From Vermamoeba vermiformis (Eukaryota): 64,000 nucleotides of DNA. Under the pieces are notes generated by a model. The model searched no databases. It was not told the origin of the DNA and saw only the letters and a program-made list of their open reading frames with translations. The stretch covers positions 372,001 through 436,000 of the forward strand of contig JBEWZL010000126.1 of the NCBI GenBank assembly GCA_045837725.1, in the 5' to 3' direction. Position 1 is the stretch's first letter; every line of letters starts with the position of its first letter. Positions 1 through 11,902 of the stretch are shown piece after piece. The position numbers were made by a program, and so were the translations under genes.

Positions 1-138
1 AAAATTAGCTTTAATGAGCGTGTAATGATTGCTAGCAAATATGTAAAGATTAGGGTACTTCTAGTAAAGCGGTAAAATAAATAAATTATTTTGGATGTAA
101 TGTGCGAGTAAAATTCAATAAAGCGGTCTGCAACTTAC

Positions 139-1296
139 TTGAATACCCTCGAGGTTGTGAGGGAAGTTGCGCTCGTCCAACTTAACGGTGTTGTGCTCGA
201 TCCACTCGACCAACTCCTTAGCGCGAGTTTGGAACTCAAGCTTCAACTTTTCAGCGGCTTGAGCGAACTCAATAACGTTGGCGACGTTCTTGGCAGCAGC
301 ATCAGCCTAAAGGTAATATCGTAATTAATAAAAAGATACGTGGCACATTTTCTGAAACGGATGAGACCAAAAGATTTTATCTTTACGAAGTTGAAAATTC
401 ACCATTAATTAAGGCGAACAAATCTAATCTTTTAAATTGCAAGTTTATATCAAAAGATTATAATAATCGAATTTTAGGGATGAAGAAAGATTAATTTTAG
501 GTGTTTAACGACCAGATTTAGAATCGTTACTTAAAGTTGCAAAAGGGTGTTTAACGCTTACCTTGCCGTAAGAAGCAAAGACGTGGTACATGGCAGCAAC
601 GTAGGTCATGATGGAGCGCTCGTCAGGCTTGGGGAGATCGACAATATCCTTAGCGTCCAAGATCTTAGCAATACCGAGGTGCTTCTCAGCAACATCGAAG
701 GCAAGTTCCAAGTTCTCGAGCTTGTTCTCCTTGGACAATGAATCGTAGTCGATCAAGTCGGGGCGGTGCTTGTGAATCAAAGCGCAGAAGGCCAAACCGT
801 CCTGGAAGGACATATGGAAGTTCTGAACATTGACGTCTCTGTAGCCCTTAGTCTTCTTTTGGACCCACAAGAGCAAGGCTTCCTTGGCGGAGAGCTCTTC
901 TTCAGAAATATCTTGAATCTGGAAGCGAAGAATGACGGTCCAAATTAAACCGAGAATCATCTTAGCGTTTTGATCGACAATTTCTTCGGGACCAGTACCA
1001 GGGAGCTTGACACCCTTGCTTTGAATGAACTTCAAGGCAATACCGTTGTTGGTGACTTGCTTGATTCGCATCTTGCCGGGATTCTTCTCGTAGCCGGTAA
1101 TGGTATCGCCGGAAATAACTTCGAGCAACTTAATCAACTTGATACCATCTTGGAAATCAGCGGCGAGATCCTCGATTTTGAGGCCGACTTTGCTGAGGTG
1201 AGAGTTGACCCAACCAGTAAAGGTTTTCTTTTGAATGCGTTCCCAAGTCTTCTCCAAGAGACCAGACGAGCTAACGGCAGTTTGGGTATCGGCCAT
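139..1296 (-). CDS. ACTN: Alpha-actinin (5' part; gene continues beyond the window start)
   Basis: Exon 1 (1296-562) encodes tandem CH domains ([41 protein letters not shown]). After a GT-AG intron, exon 306-139 encodes the start of a spectrin repeat (ADAAAKNV...ELVEWIE) and ends at a gtaag donor. Confidence 0.9.
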
Positions 1297-2013
1297 TTTT
1301 CAAGATTACGTGGTATTCAAGAATGATAAAGAAAAGATAATGCAAAAAAAATGCAGGCTAAATCTTTTTTTTGTGGTCTAATTTTTGCGCACCAAATATT
1401 CGTGAAGGGAAAATTGACGAGCAAGTTGGACTCACAAAGCCCGCAAGAAGATATCGTATTGTGGTCGACTGTAATCTCGCGGGTGTATGGTCGAGTAAAA
1501 GCAAAGATTCTGTGTTTCGATATATCTCGATTCAATCTCCCTTATCAGCTTGGTTAAATATTCCCGTCTTGGACATTTAAGCGACTAGAAGATATGTGGA
1601 GGCATACATGTATCATAAGCGTGAGTTAGCGAACTAAAAAATTGAGGGAGCTAATTTTACCCCTTCCGGATTTAAATTTTGTTTGTATTTATATTCCTAG
1701 GTACGTTGCTGCAACATCGAGATGCCATTCAAAATAACCCGTTTTTTTCAATCAAGAGTAATGTTGCGGATCGCGAAAAGGGACCATACTTTTTAATCAA
1801 AGAAATTCTGTGCTATAACGGGACAAAAGGAGTACTAGCGTTGTGTACTCACAAGCGTGATTAGTGTAAATGACGGCTAACACTCGTCCTCTTATTTTAT
1901 AAAATTTAATTTGCCTCCCTGCTCGGGTTTTCCTTCAATTTTTTTTCAATTACAACTTTGTTATTGAACACATCACAATATTACATACGGACATATAATA
2001 TTATTTATTCGCA

Positions 2014-3165
2014 ATGTCCTTATTTACTGCTAAAGATAAGAAGAAGATCGAGAGCACGGTCAAATCTCTTGCTGAAACATTGAAAGAAATTGGAAAGGAT
2101 AAAAATTCAAAATCACTCGATAAATTAGTAGAAGAGGCAGCAAAAACATTGCAATTATTAAAGAACCAATTTACTGGTGACGCCAATGACCCCAACCAAG
2201 CAGATGCGATTCAGGCAGTTTCCTCCGAGCTGTTGGCCCAGGACATTCCACTGTTATTGATTACGAATTTGGGCAAATTGGACTTCGAGTCAAAGAAAGA
2301 CGCAGCAACAATTTTATGCGCAGTGCTTCGAAAGCAAGTTGGCAACCGCAATCCAGGCGTGGACTATTTTGCCAAGAACCCGACTATCTTGGAGAAGCTG
2401 GTAGAAGGCTATAACAATTCCGAGATATCCATCAACTGCGGAAGTATCCTCAGAGAATGTATTCGACACGAAGCATTGACCGCCCTTTTGATTCAATCCG
2501 AGGCGTTTTTTAAATTTTTTGTGTTTGTGGAGTTACCTAACTTCGATGTGGCCTCTGATGCGTTCCAGACTTTCAAAGAGATGCTCACGAAGCATAAGAC
2601 AATGTCCGCAGAGTTTTTGGAGAAGAACTACGACAAATTGTTCGAGGAGTACACCCGATTGCTGCATTCAGAAAACTATGTCACCAAGAGACAGTCCCTA
2701 AAGCTTCTCGGAGAACTCCTCTTGGATAGGTCGAATTTTAATGTCATGACTAAATACATTTCGCAACAAAAGAACCTCAAATTGATGATGAACTTGCTGC
2801 GCGATAAAAGCCGATCAATTCAATTCGAAGCTTTCCACGTCTTCAAAGTATTCGTGGCTAATCCTAATAAGGTAAGCAGATTATAGCATAAATATATGAA
2901 TAGCATTATTTTAATTGCTCGTCGGTTTATTCCTCACTTACCCGTAACTATTTATTTTAAAATGCTCAAATAATTATAAATCCGCTACAATATTATTCAT
3001 ATTATTCTAACCATTATTTTGCAGCCCAAACCCGTTTTGGACATTCTAATAAAGAACAAAGATAAATTATTGAAATTCTTGAAGACATTCCAATCGGATC
3101 GAGAAGACGAGCAATTCAACGACGAGAAGGCATATTTGATTAAGCAAATTGAACAACTTGCCTAA
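2014..3165 (+). CDS. CAB39: MO25/CAB39 kinase scaffold
   Basis: Exons 2014-2871 and 3025-3165. Motifs FDVASDAF, NYVTKRQSLKLLGELLLDR, IQFEAFHVFKVFVANP and EQFNDEKAYLI. Confidence 0.95.
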
Positions 3166-4358
3166 ATGTAGAACGCGAAGAGTATGTAATAACGATATTT
3201 TCATATCAACCCTTGTAAGAATAGCACAAAAACAACTAAATTATTTTAATCGACTCATCGTGCGCTATGATCTGTCGTTCCTTATTATTTCGCTGAAATA
3301 TTTATCCGAACCACAAATGAGCTCCAAAGTTGGATCTGGAATTTAGCCATGACGTCACGACCAGGTAAGTATAGACGTGCTATTATGGATGTCAACTGAG
3401 CAGCTATGCATTGTAAATGCTTATTTCTATTTAGTACGTGAAACGGTGGTGTAAATGTGTGGTGCGGATCTTGTACAAAACAGTGTTTAATTGATAATTA
3501 CATTGCTTATGGATTACAATCAGAGCTATATATTGGGTAGTAGACGCGGGCTACATACATTATTCGAGGTTCTTAGTTATCTCCCTCGTCCTCTGGAGGA
3601 GGATAGAAGATGTGTTGAATCCACGACTCTGCAGAGGAAAAGTTAATAAATGCTTGCAAGTAGCAAGAGTGGGGCTAGTATATAAAAATAAGTATCATTT
3701 TTGGTCTCGATTACTTACTCCAAGGAATAACATAAGCAGCAAGGCCACCAGTAACAAAGAGAGTTACCCAGACCGCTTTGGGAACGGGGCGAATTGCTTG
3801 ACTGTAAAAAATCCGAAGTTAGCAATGCATACGAGTTTGTCATAAGTTAGTGAGGCAGCACGGTGATAAAATAAAAGCCGTAAGAAGATGCGCTGATGTA
3901 CAATTCCAATTCCGTTGTGCTTCATTGGAGAGAGCCAAATAATATTTTAAAAATATTTACACGATTCATTTAATCGAATAGGCACAGAGAAATGTTAAAA
4001 ATAGGTAGTTAAGGAAGAAAAAGAAATCTGGTTTGCAAAAAAATTTAAAATCTATAATAATAATTAAACGGGCTACAAAACGTTCTAAAATCTGACTTAC
4101 AGCTCAGGAGGCAAATTATCTTCAGGATTGGTGGTTTGAGTATTTTGCAACGGTCGGGCAGTTTGGCTGAAATATCTTTGTTGCGCTCGGCCAGTGACTG
4201 ATTGGCGCACGAGATTATTAAAGCTCGAAGAGAATATTCTTGAGGCCATTGTTTCTCGTTCGAAATAAAATTTAGAATGGAACGCCAGCCAAGCAAAATA
4301 GACCTCAGAAAAAACCCTTAATTTTTATTCTGCCCAAAAACAACAACCACGAATAATA

Positions 4359-6764
4359 ATGTTAAAGCAAGTGCCAAATCTCGTTTACGTGGAGAAGGAC
4401 CATTTCAATAACTATGACGCTGTGCTGGTGATTGCAACGTCATTAACGGATGCGACGAAGTGGACTGACGTTCCTGGTTATCAAACAATTGCCGAATTGG
4501 CCAAGGTAATATTTTTGGGTATTTATTTTTCAACGACGAAAGATTGTGCGGGTGGCCAGTGTAAGCCGAACTGAATCCAGCCCTGGTAGATCCTTAGGCC
4601 TGCAGAATATTTCAATTCTATAATGGCACCTGAATGTTTTGTCGCCGTTATATTTAATAGAATATTTAATTAACCCTATTATTCGCAAGACATTTCTGAC
4701 TAATTTTTACTATTTTTAAAGCTTGATGCTACCTCTTCCTCCAGCGTGTCCTTCCTCGTGTGCAATGAACATCCCTCGAAGAGATTGATCGTTTCCCCCA
4801 CTGGTATGTCCCCAAAGTTTCATTTTTTTGAAAGATCTTCTCTCACCTGACTATTCCAGGACCAATTAACCGTGACTTTGATGATGCTCGTAGATTCTAT
4901 GATGCAGGTCTGAATGGCATTACAAAGTAAGCCAGAATTAATTAAAGATCACCCAGATCTTTCGAGCTGACAACACCTCGATTCTAATAACAACATCAAT
5001 CTAGGGTCAAGAAGTCTGGTGCAGTAAAGCCATTGATCCTGTTTGCCGATGCACCACTTCAAAGCACTGACTTCTCACGTGCAATCGAGGTGACTTTGTT
5101 CGGAGTGTTCCAAGCATTGTACGAGGTACGAACATGCAGATCTATGCAACTTGCTCGTCGAATAGTGCGTACTAATACCTCATTGTATAGCCTCTTCAAA
5201 GTCGAGAACACAAGGGCTCCGAGTATCTAGAACCTGTTCGTGATATTGGTTTCCACGTGGTTGGCAATACAGGTCGAGATTATGCTACTCTGGGTATGTA
5301 AAACGACAAAAAATTTTGCTAAAATTGCTAATATGGTAATTATTAGCCGAGAATATTCGTGCAGTTGAAGCAGGAAGACGATTGGCACGTGACTTGGGTG
5401 GTGCAGATCCTGAGAGAATGGCTCCTGGAAGGTAAGTGGAGGCGAGCGGATGTGGCGACAGTATTAACGCCATGCACTCACAGATTCGCCGATTACATTG
5501 AAAAGTACTTCAAAGATGTTCCTAATGTGAAAGTGACATTTGAACGTGACGGTGAAGTGTTGGCCAAGAACTATCCTCTTTTGCATTCCGTTGCTCGTGC
5601 TTCACTGCCTGGTACGAAGTTCATATTCATAGTACTCACGCCTATAATTGGTAACTAATCAACTACTTCGTGCAGTTCCTCGCCATCGTCCAGTTGTTAT
5701 TCGCTTGGAATACGAACCTGAAGGAAATGAGGTTCAACAAACGCTTTTGTTCGCCGGAAAGGTTAGTTGCGCAGCGAAGATATTTTACCACAGGCTCGCG
5801 CTAACGATAAATTAAATAGGGTGTTACTTACGATACTGGAGGTGCTGACATTAAGATCAGTGGTGGCATGGCAGGTATGGCTCGTGACAAGTGCGGTGCT
5901 TCGAATGTAGCAGGGTTCGTGTTGAGTACTGCCTTGTTGAAACCCAAGCACGTGAAGGTCGTCGCCGAGTTGGGCGTCGTCAGAAACAGGTGCGTGTGAA
6001 TACTTCAAAAACAGCTAGATCTGATCGTTGTGCAGTGTTGGTGCCGAGGCCTACGTCGCTGACGAAATCATCATTTCACACGGTGGTGCGCGCGTCAAGA
6101 TTGGCAACACTGACGCTGAAGGCCGCCTCGTGCTCGCAGACTGCTTGTCTCACTTGCGCGAGTACGTGCTGAAGAACAACTGTGTCAATCCTCACTTGTT
6201 CACTGTGGCCACTTTGACTGGTCATGGTAGGTTACATAACGTAGCATTATTGAACATTCACACCGACTAATACTTGCCGTGTAGCTGGTCGCACTTATGG
6301 TCCTTACAGCGTGACGGTGGATAACGGTCCCGCAACTCAAGCGAACGATCCTTTCACTTTGAAGCGAATTTCTGAGCTCTGGGCCGTACGTTAGAGATTC
6401 AATACCTCGTATTACTTTCACGCCCAACTAACCGTTTTGTATCCGTTGTTAGGATCCTTTTGAAGTGTCTACCATCAGACGCGAAGACTATTCTTTGATC
6501 GCACCGAAGAACGAAGACTACGACGTGCTTCAAAATCCGACTGGTTCTGCCCCAGCTGCTCGTGGCCATCAATTCCCCGCAGCATTTTTGATGATCAGTG
6601 CAGGTCTGGACAAACATAGCAAGAACTCAGACAAACCTCTCAAGTACAGTCACTTGGACATTGCTGGTGCTGCAGTCGATGGAGGTGATTATGTGTTTGG
6701 CAAACCATCGACAACGCCTATTGTGGCACTGACAGCCAAATACATCTTCCAAGAAAAGATATAA
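4359..6764 (+). CDS. M17 leucyl aminopeptidase family protein (many short introns)
   Basis: Spliced product contains GKGVTYDTGGADIK, MARDKCG, NTDAEGRL, ATLTG and HLDIAG, so the M17 metal and catalytic residues are present. Confidence 0.92.
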
Positions 6765-7462
6765 AACTGCCCCTTTCGGATCTGGATCACAAACGGAAGT
6801 TCGGATGGAGTTTTCGAAACTGATGTTCGACCTTGTCGAATGTGGCCGGACGCTTGATCCTTGTAAAGTGGAGAGGTATGGAATTAATTGTAGTTGAGTT
6901 TGTGATTATGAATTTATGAAACTAGGACTAACGTTGATCCGGCGGTTGGCACGAAATTTTAGCGATGGTAATCGTCGGTGGTAATACTGATATTTGGTAA
7001 TTAATATCTTTCCTCGGTTAATAATGTAAGCTTCGGTTTCTGAGGATATTTGGGCAGACACAATTTTGACACGCGTGTCAGATCGCAATACACGCGGTTA
7101 ATTACAAAATTTCAAATCCTTGCTTTCGGTTTTTTGCCCTTAACGAAAGACAACAGTTGCCCACTTAACTATCCAAGGTAAGTGCCTGACAACTTTGATT
7201 AAATGACCTGTTAGATCGAAGTGACGTTAGTCCCAAACCAAAATCTTGCTTTCCACGAAACTGAATCAAAACCAAATATTCACTGCTAGCATTTCGAAAT
7301 TACTTTATTTTACTGGGGTATCTGCTCGCTTTCAATTCATTTGACAGCAGATCAACATTTTAATTAGCTACCTGCTTTGCTAGTTATTATTGTACATAAC
7401 GATTAAACACATTTTTTGTTAAGTAAACGAGCATTTTAAATTAATTCAACTTTTTTTCCTAG

Positions 7463-10400
7463 ATGGTGCGATCACAACTTTCTGTGGCCGTTCTCTTGGT
7501 CGTCCTCTCTTGTATTAGCGCAGAATGGGTGACAAAGCACCTTAATAACCCGAGGGCACGAACTACTGCAGCTCAAGTTGGAAACAGAGTCTACATAGCA
7601 GGAGGAGAGATCGACAACCTCGTTGAAACAGATTTGATTGAAGTATTGAATCTGGACACCTTGGAACTCGAACAAAGCAATCTGACGCTAAATACACTCC
7701 GCCAACAATTTACTGCAACGGTTATCGGTTCGAATATTTTTTTTGCTGGTGGATTCTACCACGAACGGACAATCCTCATGTACGATTACCTCACGTCCAA
7801 CTTTACTCGATTGCCTCGCGCTCCTTGGGCTGTAGACGTCAAGCACATCGAGTTTATGAACGACAATAGAACAGTCTACGTTTTCGCGCCAAATACTCTC
7901 GACATCTACCATCGCGACAACAACACTTGGACTACAAATCAAAACTTCCGCTCACTCGTCACTAGCCTGTACCTACCTGGCCTAGCTGTCGTCGAAGGAA
8001 AAGCTTACGTCGTTGGAGGCTACGATGTGATCACGAGAAAGCTTTCGACAAATGCTTACATCTTTGACCTTGCGACCGGTGTAATTACGAAGATGCAAGG
8101 CGTAGTTCTTCCGCAGTACTTCCCAACTGACATGGCCGTGGACTACTCTAGCACTGCCGTTGTCATGTGCCGAGCGTACAACGGCACAGGTAACAGCCAA
8201 ATGTGCAATGTGTACCACAAGCAGAAGCAGCAATGGTTTTCTACGTACTTGGGCATTCAAGGTTCTTCCGTTATCAAGCTTACCATGTGCGCGGTGACGG
8301 ATTATCATGCCTACATCGTGCAAGATCAGGCATCACCAGCTACCGGAAGTGGTCAAGTGATGATCATCAGTCTCGCTGACTTCTCCGTCAACAACTACGC
8401 GAGAAATGATCTCTATGGATCCTACTATGGAGTCACAGCGACTTCAACAAACGCGTTCCTGTTCTCTCGTACGAACGCGGGTGCTGACATACTGATCATC
8501 TTCGATCAGACGAGCAATGTGCTGCAAAATATAACGAACATACCAGGAATGGGTGGCCAATTCCAGCATTACCTCCAACCGTTCATTCCTTGGGGCAATT
8601 CAAGATGTTTCTGGAGCACAGCCGGTATCGTTGGCTGCGTTTCAGCTGCTGGCATGGGAGCAACTCAAGCGCTAAACACCTTTGCTGGGGCTGCAGTGCT
8701 CAACAACCAGTTGTACATCTACGCAGCTGCCGGCAATGGTGTACTCTTTACTAGCTTCAACTCGGCGAGTCTATTAACTGGAGTACCTGGCCCTGTGCTC
8801 GGGGTGTTTGACGATCAAGTGGTTACAACGTCGAGTGTTTATGCCGTTGGAGACACTACTGCTACCGTGATCCGCACAGTTGGTGGCGATGCAATTCCTA
8901 CTAACTCCTCTGTGATCCAACAACGCGGCTCAATTTCGTATGACACGCACATGTTGGCTTTGGATCCAGACACTGTCATCGTTTATCCCAGCACCGTCGA
9001 AGTCTTTGACACTGTCAACAACACGTGGAGCGAGTTTAACTTGCCCAATCTTGCGACTGATAACGTCATATACGCTGGTGCACTCGACAACAACTTGGTG
9101 TTGATCACTGTTGCGAATGTCTTGTTCATCAACTCAACTAGTTACGAGCTCCTCAATACCACCGTCAGTGTTGGTATGCAGCCAGTTTCAACGTGGAAGA
9201 GCAGGACTCACTTGCAACTGCCCGTTTATAACAACATGCTTCTTACTGGCGTCACCAACGGAATTTCGCAGATCAACACCACAAGCACTGTTTCGCTTCC
9301 AGGCAGATCGGAGTCAAGTCCGGTGATTAATCAGCTGCTCATTTACGACAACAAGCTCTTCATCTCTGACGTCTCAGCCAATCAGTTCTACTTCTTCGTG
9401 CTGACCCAGAGCCGTTGGGACGCACGCTTGCTCAGCGGTCGACGCGTGTTCTATTCCATTGCTGCCGTGGACTCCAAAGTGTTCATTCTCGGCGGAAGAA
9501 ACGACGTGACTTTAAGTTCCTATGGTGTTGTGGCTGTAGACTACACGTTCTACTTTGAGTTCAATACGGCCTCGTCCAGTTTGTCCCAACAAATCAACAT
9601 CACTTACCCGCGCTCAGAAATCACACCAATTTCAACTCCCGATGCAGCGATATTTATTGGCGGCAGATCCGCATTGGGCCAATACTTCGATTTGCTCGAG
9701 ATCTACACCAATAGAACGATCATTGTCCCAGCTGAACCAGTTGCTCCAGTAGCTAGTCCTGACCAACCTGCTGCAACTCCTGTCGGCACTATTGCTGGTG
9801 CTGTTGTTGGCAGTGTCGTCGGTGCTGTCGGCATTGGCTTGGGCGTGTTCTTCATTGTACGCGCTAAGAACAAGAAAGCAAAGAAGGCACAGCGCATGGC
9901 GACGATCAGAACGACTGTCAACCTCGACGATGCTATTGCCAAGCACCCGATGTACACTCCATTCGCCGAGATCAAGTTCGGCAAGATGCTCGGTTCAGGT
10001 GCTAACGGCCAAGTCTTTTTGGGCCGTTGGAAGAGCACAGACGTGGCACTCAAAGTCAGCATGTCACAAGCGAACGAAGGATTCATCCAAGAAGTCAATC
10101 TGATGCTTGGCCTGAGACCTCATCCCAATGTGGTTCGTATCTTTGGTTTCAGCATCCATCCTGAGACCCAGAACGTCATCTTGATTCTCGAGTTCTGCGA
10201 CGGAGGTTCACTTGACAACATCTTGTTCGACGATCCCAACGACATTCCCATGGCTAAGAAGCTTGCCTGGATTCAAGGCATTGCCCGTGGTGTCCTGCAC
10301 TTGCAATCAAACAACATTGTTCACCGTGACTTGGCCGCGCGTAACGTGCTGTTGCACAGAGGCGAGGCGAAGATTACGGATTTTGGTATGTCTCGTGTTG

Positions 10401-10797
10401 TTGATGAAGGCAAGAAGGGCACGACTACATCTGATATTGGTCCTATTCGTTGGATGGCCCCTGAATCTATCGCTAACAAAGAGTACTCAACCAAGTCAGG
10501 TACGATGACACGTGTCATTTTTAATTTTAGTTGATGTGAAGGCTAATGTTGTTGATTATAGACGTATGGTCCTTTGCTGTTATTATGTACGAGATTATTT
10601 CAAGACAAGAGCCTCACGTGTCCGGAGATCCTCTCGAAATTGCCGTCAAGATCCGTGACCAAGGTGCCACCCCGGGTATTCCTGAAGATTGCCCCGAACC
10701 TCTGGCGTACATTATGCAACGCTGCTGGCAGAAGGACCCACAAAACAGAGCTACATTCCAAGAGATCACTGATTACCTCGACAAACTCAAGCTTTAA
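7463..10797 (+). CDS. Receptor tyrosine-kinase-like protein with kelch/beta-propeller ectodomain
   Basis: Signal peptide, kelch motifs (VYIAGG, IFFAGG, AYVVGG, VFILGG) and a TM helix (IAGAVVGSVVGAVGIGLGVFFIV). Kinase motifs GSGANG, VALK, HRDLAARN, DFG and GPIRWMAPE. One intron at about 10500-10561. Confidence 0.92.
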
Positions 10798-10964
10798 GCA
10801 TCTCCTCATGTTCATATAAACCTCCCTTACAAGTATACTCGCGCAGAACGGTATATTTTGCTCGTTTTTCTTTTGAAATTCCGCAAAAATTAACTAAATT
10901 TGTTACTTTAGTAGGTCCAGCAGTAAATTACTTTTTTACTCGCGATATTGTTTAAACTAACACA

Positions 10965-11201
10965 ATGGCACAGCCTGATAACGATACGATGGCGATCTAC
11001 GATCAGATGCAAGAAAAGCGGCAAATGATTCTACGGCTGCATAAAGAATTTCAAGAGATTACTTCAAAGCAAATACAGCCCGCAGAGGCACAAAAGCTGC
11101 GAGACCAAGTGACTAGCTTACAAGCACGTATGAACAAAGGAATTAAAGAACTTGAGGACCTTCAACAGCAATGGGACAAGTTACAACAAGCTAAGAAATA
11201 A
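10965..11201 (+). CDS. Small coiled-coil hypothetical protein (78 aa)
   Basis: ATG in an A-rich context, heptad-like Q/E/K/L composition and AT-rich flanks. No family recognised. Confidence 0.55.
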   Translation: MAQPDNDTMAIYDQMQEKRQMILRLHKEFQEITSKQIQPAEAQKLRDQVTSLQARMNKGIKELEDLQQQWDKLQQAKK

Positions 11202-11902
11202 AATAAGATATTTTTAATTATTGTATATAGCATTTGTACGCAATGGCTGCCACATTTGAATTTGTTGGTATGAATCCTTATGTAGATCTCGATTATGATC
11301 AATTTTTCAACATTTTGCGATGATCGCATCTTCGTGCGCATTAATGATATGTAGCGATGGAAATTCGCAGGTGATTACATGGTTAATCTCTGCAGCTGAC
11401 ATCTGGTGACACCAGGTTGGATCCCCAAAAATGGCCCACAATCATTTGACATAACAAAATCACCACGTAAGCGTAACATTCACCAGATTTGATTACATAA
11501 TATCTTTTTGCAAATTGTTGAAAAGCACGCAGATTTTCGAAGGATGCTTTTGATTTGGTTGCCTTTACAGGTAATTTCAACACAGAGTGATACATAGAAT
11601 TAACATAATTTTAATGATGATTTTTAAGGCATTAGGCGAGCAATTAAATCAATTTACGTTGGGTTGCAACTTTCATGAATCTTTGATTCCGTTACAGTGC
11701 TCCTGTAGCCCAACCATTATTGCATATTGCGTATCTAATTTGTTTAAATAAGCGAATCAATTGTTTATCTAAAGTTGATCTGCTTCAGAAATAGCTCGGG
11801 AGTTCCACACCATCTTTTTTTGGCCGTTATTTTCTCCGACGTAGCCAACATTTTTTTGTACGAGAGCCCTCTCAAAGTTCATAACTTAGACGATATAGCA
11901 AC

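Noticed and set aside
3349-3358. CRE-like palindrome TGACGTCA downstream of MO25
   Set aside because: A single 8-mer with no context, expected by chance.
11383-11595. 70-aa minus-strand ORF upstream of the PstS-GPCR
   Set aside because: No recognisable motif or splice pattern; probably promoter or intergenic DNA.
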